64,000 nt of DNA from Carcharhinus amblyrhynchos (lineage: Eukaryota). A program made the position numbers and the translations under genes. The stretch's first letter is position 1, and each line of letters starts with the position of its first letter. The stretch covers positions 64,108,001-64,172,000 of the forward strand of contig OZ336885.1 in NCBI GenBank assembly GCA_965287045.1, given 5' to 3'. Positions 28,301-40,794 of the stretch are shown here, piece by piece. The notes beneath the pieces are model-generated. The model was not told the DNA's origin. It saw only the letters and a list, made by a program, of their open reading frames with translations, and did not search any database.

Positions 28301-29514
28301 AAGCTGGTAGTTGAAACTGATGGAGATCCTAAATTGATTGTCTGAAGTAATAGGCAGATCTACAGGTGATTACGTTGATACACGTATAAGGAGGTAAGCA
28401 CTACGTTAAGACAGGATAGATTAAAGACAAATAAACAGAGAAAAGTCGTGATCTGAACCATGTGCAAAGTGACTGGGTAGTTCATTCAGATAATTGAATG
28501 TTGGACTCCTGAAGTCGCTGGTTATTAAACGTGTGTCATAACGTGGAAACAAGGATCTACGCCACTGTGATGATCAACTCTGAAACATCGTGGTTGATAA
28601 AATCCACAATTCGGGAAGGATGGGGGAGGGTTGCAAATGAACCGAGTGCGCAAGGTACATCATCTGAGAAGATGTGGTGAGCAGAATATTCCAGAAAATG
28701 CGAGGGAGAAAGCGATAAAATTACAATAGTTAAACAAATATAATAGGATTCGATCGAACGTCCGAAATGAATAGGGAAACAACACTCAGTTATAATGGGG
28801 AAATAAAATGCAGTGACATGCTCTGTATCTGGTATCAGATAACATATTTTGTAGAAATGGTGAATTTGTGAGCAAAATATAAATCACATACATTTGACCA
28901 ATCATTTTACACACCTGATGTCCCAAGTCAGCACCCAATTTTTTATGGTTCTTTGGAATGTAGAATGGACATAGCACAGTAGTGTTTTGCAGCTTTGTTT
29001 CTGTTAAGCGTATTCGATATAATATATTATATATTATTGGTTGGTATCCATGAATATATTCGTGGATAATAAAGTGGGGAAGCAAATTGTCACGTGTAGA
29101 ATTGATGTGTTGTTCTTATAACTGCAACTGATTTGTTGGGCAGAGGGGAAAGTGAGAATTAACCCAAGCTGAAAAATGATGCAGTGGGACTAAACAGTGC
29201 TGAGTTTAACAGTTGAATAATCACTTGAGCCGAAGTAGACTAGATGATGAATGAAAAAAAAACTGTTTAGCATAGTTCAGAAGGCAACACATTCTGTCGC
29301 TCAGCTGAGAATGGTTATGCAAGAATTGGTTTTAGGTATTTTGATGAGTATTTTTATATGAAATGTCATAGTGAATGCATCCCTATGCAATTTAAGTCCT
29401 ACACCATGCCAGGTCACATTCAGATGTAGGAAGATTTGAACTGATGGAACACTGGCATTTAAACAGTGCAGATACCAATAGTGATAACATATGGAATTAT
29501 GGAATTGCGATGAC

Positions 29515-29862
29515 ACAGATGTATTGTCGCTGGACTACGAACAAATAACTCAATTAATGTTCCATGGAGCCGGACGCGAATCTCACGACTACAACTGGAG
29601 TAATTTCAACTCAATTAAAAGAAAAATGGAATTGAGAAACTACTGATGACAGTGAACCAATTGTCGATTGTTATAAAACCAATCTAGTTCACTCATCTCC
29701 TCGAGGGAAGGAGATCAGCCGTATTTACCTGTTCTGACCTTCATGTGACTCCAGAGGCACAGCAATATTGTTGACTCTCAACTGCCCACAGCCCATTAGG
29801 GTTGTTAGTAAATGCTGGCGAGCCAAAGATGGCAATGTGCCACGGAAGAATAAATAAAAAAA
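29515..29862 (+). mobile_element. tRNA-derived SINE of a second family (not HE1-type)
   Basis: tRNA-like head (GTATTGTCGCTGGACTA...CGAATC), core GTTCACTCATCTCCTCGAGGGAAGGAGATCAGCCG...CATGTGACTCCAGA...GTTGACTCTCAACTGCCC and A-rich tail. Related segments lie at 33720-34105 (-) and ~47110-47180. Confidence 0.65.
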
Positions 29863-29945
29863 GATGAATGGAAAGAGCAGTATCCGGTTTTTTTTCGCAT
29901 ATGACAGTGGAACTTAAACGATAAGAAATGTGATAGTCGTTTTGG

Positions 29946-30261
29946 ATCATAGGATCCTGCAGTACAGAAAGATACCATTCGGCTTATCGAGTTTGTACAA
30001 ATACAATCTCACCCAGGCCCTATCCCCATATGTACCCACTAATCCTTCTAACCAACGCATTTTGGGACACCAAGAGGCAATTTAGAATGGCTAATCAATC
30101 TCGCCCGCAAATCTTCGGTCTGTGGGAGGAAACCAGAGCACTAGGAGGAAACTCACGCAGACACAGGGAGAATGTACAAACTCCACACAGACAGTGACTC
30201 GAGCTGAGATTTGCGACCAGGTTACTGGAGCTGTGAAGGAGCAGTAATACCGTACCGCCCC
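29946..30261 (-). mobile_element. HE1-like tRNA-derived SINE with CR1-type tail
   Basis: Reverse complement aligns along its length with the copy at 59941-60271 (GTCACTGTCTGTGTGGAGTTTG core, GGTTTCCTCCCACAG, GGGCCTGGGTG, tail). Confidence 0.88.
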
Positions 30262-32844
30262 ATTCGTTGGATAGTTAGGAAAATATACAATGACTTCAAG
30301 TGGCCCAGAAAAGAATGAGCTCAGATGACGACTCTCCATTCATGCAAAACTTAAAAAAAAAAATAGATTATGCACGCCAATCGTAAAAACAAGTATGTTT
30401 GTGCTGATAGGTAATGGCACGTCAGATATTTTGACATCAAAAATATCATCAAGGAACGCCAAGCAATTGCTAAGGAAACTAACAGAACGAACTAGCTGGA
30501 CATATCAAAAAACTGAATAGAATAACTTAGGTACAGAAGGCACTTTTGAAACCACATCTATATTAGGATACAAAGGATTCCATTTTCTGATGGAGAGAGT
30601 TACATCCACAAACGAGAGCGGTTTCATTTGTGGAAAATGTCAGCAAATATTATATTCATTACACATTTTTTTGGTTTAAAGCAATGAAACTTATTGACCC
30701 ACATACATAAAAACACAAATGCCACTGCACATTTTGCGGAGGAAACGTGCAGTTATATGGGGAAATATGATTCCTTGGCTGGGGGATAAACAAAAAATGT
30801 GAAGGCAAAATAGCATCACTTTTTAAAAGTAAGAACGTGCCATTTTATGCCAATAGAGATTACTTTTATTCCGCTCATTACGCAGAGAACTTGGAGCTCC
30901 CCTGCTCAACAGACAGTTCAATAACTGACAGGTCTCGATAGTTAAGGATAAATGTAGATTTTTTTTCCAGAGAGCTTGTGAGGCTATACACATGGTGGTG
31001 TAACTGAACCATGCAACAAGCAAGAGGGAAGGTCCTCCATGATGCCTGCAAATGATGGGTTACTATAAACTTACAGTCAAAATGTAATGAAATTGACATC
31101 ATTTGCCCTGGACTCGTTTAAGTTTCTGATAAAACGTGATGTGATTGTATGCAGCAATATTTAATAAAATGACTGATTTTTTTGAGAATTATCTTGAATT
31201 GTGTACGTATATTGCCAAAAAACACAAATATCTGTTTATTCTATTATCTCATGTGTATTACATTCAAGCGGAATTTAGGGTTGAGGTAGCTGATATGCAA
31301 GAGGATGGTTTATAAATTCACGGGCGGACTCTGAGTTGTATGTGAAAATAATAATTTTGTATTACAATAGTCCCCTATGGAAGTTGATGTTCAACACAAC
31401 TCAAAAGCATGTTTTCTTCTCTTTGCTCATGGCATGTGGAGATTATTTCATGAATCAGGTTTTTGTGTATGGCAAGGAAACTGCAGAAAACTGGAATTGT
31501 TTTCAATGATGCCTACACTTTTGACAGTCAGGGAATGCACGATTATGGTCGCGGAATAGCGCCAGGACAGTTTGTGGCGTCCAATTTTGTTACCACACGT
31601 CTGCCACCGTTGGCCATCTAACAGTCGATAGTGCGGATCTCCAATGTACTTTCAATGCTTTGCTTGGGATACTTAAATATTTTGAAGAAACACTGATGAA
31701 GGCAGGTGCATAAAATTCTGTCAGGTTAATCTCTGGCATTTTGCAGAATGTGCGGATGCTTTGAGAGAATTGGACATGAGTGAATTTCCGTAGAAAGGCC
31801 TCCGTCTATTCTGCTGATGTGGTCAGTATATCCAAAAGGCTTTTCGAATGAAGTGTTGATTTTTTTTTGTAATGGCAACGGCAAGAACCGTCAGTGGGTG
31901 ATTCATAAGTTGCAATGTCTTCGGGTATCTGATAAATGAGTCCCAAACTCTCCTCTTTCAGATTCTCATTGCCTGAAATGACCGTTTGATAGGTATAGAA
32001 AATGTTAACTTCCAGATAGTATCGAAGCATTGATGATGCATAAATGCTTTAGAAATGAATGACGTGTGGTATTGAGCTAAAAACAAGATTCATTTATAAT
32101 ACTGACGTTTCGTTGAAATTATGTCACTTTTGAAATGTAAGAATTTCGTTTGGTGCATAACAATACTCTTCTGAACGCCTCATCCTATGGATGTGTGCCT
32201 GTCTCAGCTTGTCCTCGAAGAAACTCAAACATGTCAGACACCTTATTTTTGTGATCCATTACATTACTAATGATAGATTTTTTTTTGACGTACATTATTG
32301 TGTCAATTTGCTTATAGATCCAGAAAGTCAACAAAGGTCAACTGTTGCTTTATCATTAATGGCATTTGCTCAACACCACCTGAGTAGAGCAGTAAGTTCC
32401 AATTTCTCGCCAAATATATGAGTTGAAGATTGGTGTTGGCCTGCGAAAACGAAAACTGAACACCAGGGTGTAAGTTATTGCACAGTGCATATTTTTGAAT
32501 TGAAATTTCATCAAACTCCGTTTGATAGAACACAGAATACTTTCTAAATAATGAAGGCATTGACTTCAAACGGCAGAAGTTGACATTTTTCTTGTCCTCA
32601 TTCACTTTTCTTTCTGTTATGACATAGTTTCTGGAAAGTCTGTTGTTGAGGTGACAGTGTTGGTCTGTGGTGAACACACTTAACGTTCTCACAACGCAAT
32701 CTTGAATTCCAACATGTTTATTAGGTACCACAAGCCACGAGCTTTCAGAGGGCTGTCCCTTCATTGGGTCAGTGGGATCTGTGTTCAGAAACGGCGCAAG
32801 AACATTATTTTTCTGATGGGGAACACTGAAACTGTCACGGACAT

Positions 32845-33285
32845 TCAGCCTGTGATGTTCGGATAAGTGTTGTCCAAGGTGGCCTTCATGATACACGACA
32901 AAGCAAAGTCGCTGAGCAGAGTGTGATAGCCAAGATCCTCACAAATGAGGACGGCCTCAAACGGGATCTTGGGATCACGACACAAAATCTGTAAAGCCCA
33001 AGACTTCGGTGGGCTTGGAAAATCCCACGAACCGTCATGGCTGTAGGCAATGCACATCGTTTTAACTTGTGCTTAATCTTCTCTCTCACTCACATTGTCT
33101 ATACCTTTAAGGCTTGATTTCTTCTAAAGACTCGCATTGTAACTTTTATTTTTAATTGACTTTGCATTTTTTAATGTTCTGTTTGTGAACAGAACTCCCA
33201 TTTGCCTGATGAAGAGGCATTTTTTCAAAGCTCGTGGCTTGTGCTATCAAACAAATGTATTGGACATTAATCTGCTATTCTGGAT
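32845..33285 (+). mobile_element. Penelope-like element 3' fragment (GIY-YIG C-terminus and pLTR)
   Basis: RISVVQGGLHDTRQSKVAEQSVIAKILTNEDGLKRDLGI matches the GIY-YIG end seen at 21300-21430 (-). It is followed by CCTGATGAAG...AAAGCTCGTGGCTTGTGCTATCAAACAAA terminal sequence. Confidence 0.8.
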
Positions 33286-33719
33286 TGTTCAACAAAAATA
33301 ATCATCAAGAAAATTGTAAACTTCTTTTAGGGAGGCATCAACTTTGCAACTATTAAAGTTTTGAACGGTTTAATTACTTACCATTGAGTTAATCGAATGG
33401 GCACAATTGTAGGTGTACCGGTTACTGACATTCCAATCAATGAACGTATGCGCAAGTTGACAACACAGGTAGATAACGCACCTGCAGCATCAAAATGAAA
33501 GTCATAACATTAAACTGTAGGTTATGTAAGCACGGCAAAGACTGTTTGTTTGCATTCCCTGCCCTAATATTGTTTAGAGATGAACCAATTGTGCTTATCC
33601 CATGAATTAAAGAAAATATAACAACGCAGATGACATATTTTCCCATCTGCATGGTACGAAAAAATAGCAAACTGAAGCATAATCATCGTGTGTCCTGCAG
33701 GAAAGCGATTGGATTCATG

Positions 33720-34105
33720 TTTTTGTCATTACAAAATTCAACTTTTAATTCATTCAAGGAATGCGGGCATCGGTGGATCGGCCAATATGCATTGCCCATC
33801 CGCTGTTCATGCTGGAACTGAGGTGCATGGTCGGTCATCGCAGAGTTATCCGTAACAAATCTTTAATATTGTTTTGTTAAAAAAAAAGCATGCCATTACG
33901 CTTGACGAGCTAAGCGTGACAGATGTCTTCCTTTAAAGAATTTACGACAATTGTCAATGGCTTTGTGGCTATTATTAGGTTTTATTCAATTTATTGCAGT
34001 TAGTATTCAACAATTGCCAGGAACGTTTCGTTCCCGGCTTCCGAAAAGAAATCTCCTGCGTACCTTGATTACTAGTCCAGTGACAATACGATTGTACTAC
34101 TCTCT
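33720..34105 (-). mobile_element. Degenerate SINE related to the 29515-29862 family
   Basis: Reverse complement has head GTATTGTCACTGGACTAGTAATC and tail GGATGGGCAATGCATATTGGCC...GATGCCCGCATTCCTTGAATGAATTAAAA. Confidence 0.5.
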
Positions 34106-34297
34106 CTACTGGTTAGCTTTGCAAAGAACAATTAAGTATCAAATAAAGGCGCAGAAGTATGGTTGTTTTCCGCTCCCCAACCTGCCCCCCGCCCCCTCAC
34201 CCCCGCCTGCTTAATTCTTGTCAAGACCATCCAAAGATGCTGAATAATTGTTGCCATGTCAAATTCTGTTCGAAATATTCTGACGTGAAGAAAAAAT

Positions 34298-35430
34298 GTG
34301 TAAGAACATAAGATTTAGCAGAAGGAGTAGGTTGTTACGCCCCTGGAGCCTGCTCCAGTATTTAATGAAATCATGGCTGATGTTTTTTTTTGTCGATTCA
34401 GCACCACATGACGACCTGGTCACCATGACTCTTAATATATTCTTTTATTGCTAAAAAAAAATCAAAATTTGCCTTAAAAAATAAGTTGGGCTCAATTGTT
34501 CCACTGAACAGAGAACTCCACAGACTCACAAACACCTGGGTGAAAAACTTCCCCATCAACTCAGTGTATAATCTGCCACCCTCATTTCGATGCCAATTTT
34601 ATTTCTTAGTCACAAGTTCTGCTCACAGTCCGGCGCCTGTTCGAGTCAATGCGACTAACCAGCACGTCTTTCGGAATGTGGGAGGAAAACGAAGCACCCG
34701 AGCACGCAGATGCGGGGAGAACGTACAAAATCCACGCAGGCAGCGACCCAAGCAGGCAACCAAGCCCGGGTTCCCACCATTGCGAAGCAGCAGAAATAAC
34801 GATGTGCTACCTTGCTGCCTCTAAATAATATGCGATCGTGCTGTCCTCCCCTAGTTCCCATTTCACTCGCGAGCACAAACAACCTACCTGGTTATTTCCG
34901 AACTACTTTCATAATTTTATGTTTTTCTATAAGATCTACTTTCTTCTTCGAAATTCCGACGAATATATCCCCGTCTCCACATAAGCCAAAACGTTGAACT
35001 CCGGAATCAGCCGACTGCATCTCCTCTGCATCCTCTCCAGTTTCATTGTATGCTTTCTCAAAGAAGGAGACACAAATTCATCGCGGTAATACAGATGGCC
35101 TCAATAGCAGGTTATACGTCTGCAAAATAACATCCGTGGTTTTTTTTTCCCCAATATTTCCCCTTACAATGAGTGGTACAATTCATTTTCTTAATTAACT
35201 GCTGCACCTGCAAATCAACTTTTTTACGATTCATGAAAAGGACACCCATGAACCTCGGAAAAGCAGCGTACTGTAGGTTTTTACCATTTTAATTATAGTC
35301 CGTTTTATTGTCATTCCTCTCAAAATGGATGACCCCAAGTTTGCCAACATTGTTCTCCATCTGCCAGACCCGTGCCCACTTACGATTACTATCTATACTC
35401 CTTTGGAGACGTTCTGAAAACCTTATCTAC
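34298..35430 (-). mobile_element. Degenerate CR1 LINE 3' portion interrupted by a SINE
   Basis: Tail TAAGAACATAAG...AGGAGTAGG...GAGCCTGCTCC...ATCATGGCTGA; reverse-strand WARVWQMENNVGK and VIHF motifs near 35320-35380. Confidence 0.75.
34598..34821 (-). mobile_element. SINE with HE1-like head/core and non-CR1 tail, nested in CR1
   Basis: CTAACCAGCACGTCTTTCGGAATGTGGGAGGAAAACGAAGCACCCG...GGGGAGAACGTACAAAATCCACGCAGGCAGCGACCCAAG core; tail TCCGGCGCCTGTTCG shared with the 45929 and 55267 copies. Confidence 0.75.
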
Positions 35431-37285
35431 GTGACCAATGATTGCCGATTCAAGCAGCTGCTTTGAGGTTCTTATTGCAGAATTATCATTGACGTTCTAA
35501 CATAAAATCATAACACGTGAAGATTTCCAGAATTCTTCATGAACTATATTTTAATTTTCTAAATTAAATTCATATTGATAGAATTACCCAATTGGCATTT
35601 AACGTAATTCGTTTCTGTTAGGAATAAAACAAAAAAAAAGTTAAGAAATCGAACGTAATAGTAATGTGATAATGAAACGGAATGGGAAATACATGGAATT
35701 GTAGTAAGTTACGTGATTCAGCGCGTGCTGGTGCGCTCGCACGCGAAGTAAATGATTTCCTTGCCCTTCTGACTTTCAACTGTATACGCCAATATTCAGT
35801 GGTTTAAAAACACTCTGCAAAGGAGCCAATTTGATATTTACAATCGACATCAGTAGCCCATCCCTGGCTTCTTTGGAACTGAGGTAAATATTTGGGCGTA
35901 TCAGAGGGCTTTTTAACAACTCAAAGGTATTGCTCAGCACAATGCGCGGCATGGGAGCCATAACAGTTATAAATGACAGATGGCATTCCCTAAACTTTTG
36001 CTAAATTTTCCTTCCCAACATTTTGAAAGATAATGAGCTGAATTCTGTTTACAAAGCTTTTTTTTTTGGAATCTGGGCGTGCGTCGTGCATAATTTCATC
36101 AGTTTGCAACTGATGCTAGCGGTGCATACTTTAATTGTCAAACATTTTTTCAAACGACGTTATGGTTTGTAATTTGTATTCGCCATTTATTGAATGTCAG
36201 TGTGATTGGAATGCCAGATTATTTTAACATGGAAAATTAGATGCTGCAGCCGACAGCAAATTGAATGTTCTACTGAAAAAAAAGACAACAAATAAATAGC
36301 ATTATTTTTTCTTCTGGAACGCAATTGAATCTATACGGAGGCATGCAATGAAAAACAACTAAACCATTTCGAATCGTGACACTAGAGAAATGATTAACCG
36401 CCACGGATTAAGGATATCCTTGTTGCATTCCAGTCAGAAACTTTTAAGAAAAGTTAGTTAAATAACAAATATTGATGCATATGAAAATAGAAGCATTACG
36501 CTGAAAGATCAGTATCTGATAAGATTAGAGTGTTCAAAACATAACTGATGTGGACCACATTAACAAATTTCCTGACGTTGATTCATTGTCATGATTTGAG
36601 TTTTTGGTGTGGAAACATCACTATTCCATGATTAATACTTCCCTTCAGCAGGGAAGCCGGGAACGTATTTGTTTAACTATAATTTGAAAATAAAAAAAGG
36701 TAATCAAATTTTGTCAGTGTACAAACAGTTCAGATTCCCTTCATCAACAAATGTGAAAGGCGTTATGCCTGATTTATTTTCGGACTACTTCTGGAGTGAA
36801 AAAAATGTTTTGGCCCTGTCTGATTCAGACCCAGATGTGCTCACAAGTGGACCACATTCCACTTTTCATGCGAAAATGAGGATACCCTGGCACAACGAAA
36901 CGACTGCAGATAGTTATTTTGTTTCACTGCCTGCCAGCCATTAAACCACATGTCCAAGTTTATAATCAATACTGAAATGGCTAAAGAGAATCTGTGACTT
37001 TGCAACATATCTGCACTGTTTTGCAGCTCGTCAAAAGACTTGTGTGTCTTGTACCGTTTTAAAAAAAAAGTAGAGCTACATTTCGGCCATTCCATAACAG
37101 AGGGAAAACCAATATCAATACGAAGCTCAGCTTGACTGGATAGTGTAATGTGCTCTTACTGCTGAGTGTGTTCCTCCGAAGAATGCAAATGGTTACCATT
37201 CAACATCGCATCAAATTTATGCGGGTGATTATATTTCACTTCCCTGTTGGCTGTGGTTCTGTGATGTAGGAATTCGTTCGTTATC

Positions 37286-37325
<40 letters not shown>

Positions 37326-37330
37326 CGCGC
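37286..37330. repeat. Compound microsatellite (GT)n(GC)n
   Basis: Directly visible. Confidence 0.95.
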
Positions 37331-39259
37331 CGTGGTGATAGTTGGGAGGGGGGCTGGTGGAAGGAATTCCGGATGTGTGCCTAATGCGCGCAAAGGGTTA
37401 ATTTTGAATCCAAAATGATAAAAAGAAACAAGTTTTTAGGGCGCCTCAAAAAAAAATCAAATTAAATGGTGGCCATTCTACCTATCCTGTACGTATTTGG
37501 AGGTTAAAATTACCGAATCATCCTTCCTCTCCATTCACTGGCAGGTATGCAGATGTCAAACACATGACTGCTGAGATCGCCATACCACGAGTTACCATGT
37601 TTGTTCGAAGCTCAGGAAAACTCAATCATTGCGTCAAGTGGCAAGGTTAATTCCATGAATTCTCCCCAAACTGACGCTACAGACAGGACTTTACTCTGAA
37701 GCGGTACAGCAGCTGAGTCAAATGGCCTATCAATCTTTCTGCTTGAACCCACTCATGATGCGATATACCAGTTCATGGATGTCATGGCAGGGTTTCCGAA
37801 TGCCTGGGTTAATTCCAGCGCTGCTGGTCTGATTGGAGAGTGTGTGGATCTGCAGGAGGAAACGTGTGTGTGTGTTTGTGCGCGCGCGGGCGTAGCGGGT
37901 CGGGGTGGGGGGCGGGGGGGGGGGGGGTGGTGGGGCGCGTGGTGGCGTCTGGCGGGACGTTTCGCGCTTTCCAGTACAAAAGCGGGTTCTGCGGTTCGTC
38001 TTGTGCAATCCACAAGCCTGCATGGTGTGCGCGTGGATGCGAGATTTTCGGTGTGCATTTGTGTAGTTACGTGTGGTGGAGGTGGTAGTGTCGCGCGACG
38101 GCTGGGAATTTAGGTCTCTCTTTCCTGAGGTGTGGATGTTGCTTCCCTGGATTCACATTTGAGTGTAGCAGCTGTAAAACCACCTGGTGCCTTTATCTCA
38201 GTCATGCCATCGTGGGAGCTTGTTTTAAATTCAAAGAGTATTATTGTAAATCTCTCAGAGCTTGCAAACAACAAAAAAGGCACTTAAATTATCCCTTAAA
38301 TATGGCATTAAAATGCGATTTGGGTCTCTTAATCATAAGTAGTGATTTTGTTTGAAATCTATTGCTTACTGGTACTTCGATACTAAATTTGCAGGGTTTT
38401 TTTTAATTCCATCTTTCTTTATGTCACTTGTCGCACCGACGTCAATAATCAGTGTCAGTCCCGTAAATTTTGGTATTGTTGTGAACTGAAAAAAAACACT
38501 TTGATGGCCGGCAATCAGTATGGGTTATATATGTTAGCGATTGACAGCAGTCAGGCATGTTTTTTTTCTTGTGATTCCCTGCAAGGACACAGTTTGGAAA
38601 CAAAGGCAACCCTCCGTATCTTCAATCCTCCAGAAGGGCGCAAAATTTTGCATCTAAAACCGAAGTCGAAGAAGGCCTTAACATGAGAAAAAAGTTGAAA
38701 AAATGCGCCGCATGGAAAAGTTTAAAATCTCGCCATGAATTCAAACGATGGCAGCCGTGATCATTTCATTTCAGCCCTTAGTGAAATATGAATTCAAACC
38801 TGTTTCCAAATCAATGGTATGTTCTCGGGAACGAGTGCTGTAGTTAATTCGAGTCCGATTAATCCAATACACTGCTATTTTGACGGATGATAATGGATCG
38901 TTTCACGGCTTTCTCCGCTATTCTCACACTTTATTATTGCCCCTGCCTGATGAACGCTGAGTTAGTTACTGAGCTCCAGGGAATACGATTTGCAAATAAT
39001 GTCTCAAATCAGTTTAGCTTGATATTGCTCAACGCGATTTCGAATGAAATTGACGTAAACAACCATTTATAATTATTATCACTCTCCTCTGGATGCTTCG
39101 GAAGCACATTTTTATGGGCAATCACAATGTAAACTTTACAAACTGTAGTAAACAAAAGTGTCTTCATTGCGTTGTCCAGTGAACAACATGCTTTTCTTGA
39201 TTACATCTCAACACATTTCTAAAGTTTCCGAAATCTGCGATCCTCAAATTTTCTGGTGG

Positions 39260-39800
39260 GTCGGAAGGTGGAATGTGAGCCGCCGGCATAGGTCTTGGAT
39301 TTGCGCATGCGCCGGGAGCGCATAGCCATCTCCCAAAGAATAGTCGCTGGTCAGACCATAGTGGGAAGGTAATGAAATTGTATCTGTTTTTGATATGTTT
39401 TAAATGTTTGTTTAAATATAATAATCCGGAGCTTACCGGCCTCCATTGAAACTCCCACGCCCCACGTGTACTTAATTCCGTTGGATTTTAGATTCGCTCC
39501 CCATGTTCGCTAAACGGTCTGTGCGTGGCAGTGAGGGAGAGGTGGGGGGGAGGGGGGTCAGGCCTGGCCCGGAATTGTTGCAGGGGCCGCTTTCGCGCCG
39601 TGGGGAAGGTGGGGGAGAGGGGGCTTCTCCCCGGGCTCCCCGGCCGGCCAGTGATCGTTGATGGATGAAAGACACTGCACGTGCGCAGGGTTCCAGAGCA
39701 GTCAAACTGTCAGGCACCAGAGCTAAAAGCATCCCCCCGCCCCCGCCCGCACACACACACACACACACCCACCACCCCCTATTTTTAATGAGACTCACAA
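39260..39800. promoter_or_regulatory. GC/CpG-rich promoter-like island
   Basis: NRF1-type TGCGCATGCGC (39302-39312), CACGTG E-boxes (39463, 39678), CCACGCCC and tandem CCCGCC GC boxes (~39455, ~39733-39750), G-tract clusters, within repeat-free DNA. Activity not demonstrated. Confidence 0.5.
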
Positions 39801-40794
39801 TTGGGAGGCCTGCAGTGCACAGAATGGGGAGATTCTGGTGAGAAGTTGCACCGACAAAACAATCGTTTTCTCGAAGAGCTTTCCTGCCAATTCTGTGCGG
39901 TCTTGTTGTGAAATTTGGCTCCCGTGAACAGAATGTGACATTTCTGAGTAAAGCACAATTCATATGAGATGCATTCAATAGTGTAGCTCACCTGATTCTT
40001 CCAGAAGTGTTTGCAAATGTCTAAGTTCTAAAAAAAGGAAAAAAACATTTTTGTCTTGTTTGATTTTTAAAGAGAAACGTTAAATATAAACATCAACACC
40101 AAATAAACAAGAAGCGGGAATTTCGAGAATTAGAGGTGATCATCACTGAGCATTTTACGCGTCGCTATAATTATCTTTTCTGTTTCAGTTTAATTTGCAT
40201 TACGAGCAACTTCCCAGGCTTTGATCAATGTTGTTTTCCACTTTTTTTTTCATTTCTATTCACTTTACTAATTGAAAGAAGAGGATACCTCTGATTCAGT
40301 CGAACATTATTTCGTTTTACTATTGAACAAAGCTACTCTGGTAATTTGCATGCACTCACGGTCATTCTTTTTATATTCTTGCAGCTCTGAGGTAACAATT
40401 AGAACATGATTATAAAATGATAAAAAAAAGTGAAATATTTTAGTTTTGAGATGTTGACATCCCTTACCTTTTAAACAGGCCTCCAATTTCGATTCTAAAA
40501 TTATCAAAACAACCATTACTACATGTCAGACTGTGTTGGACTATGACACCGACCTTTTTTTTTTAACTTTGACTCGAAATAAGCAAGGAGAAAGATAGAT
40601 CACACATTCAGAATTATGGATATCAAAAGAACAATAAGACCGTAATTTGAAAATAATTCCTTTAATAGAGACAAAGAAGACAGGAGGAGGCAATTTGGCC
40701 ATTTGAGCATGATCCACCATTCATTTTTTTCATGGCTACTCATCCAAATCTGTACTCAATCCAACTCTAATCCTGCTTTTTCGTTATAATACAC

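Noticed and set aside
32312-32896. 194-aa minus-strand ORF
   Set aside because: Starts antisense within a Penelope fragment, has no recognisable domain, and the composition looks random.
39472-39978. 168-aa ORF across the GC-rich island
   Set aside because: Stays open because of GC-rich low-complexity and (CA)n sequence.
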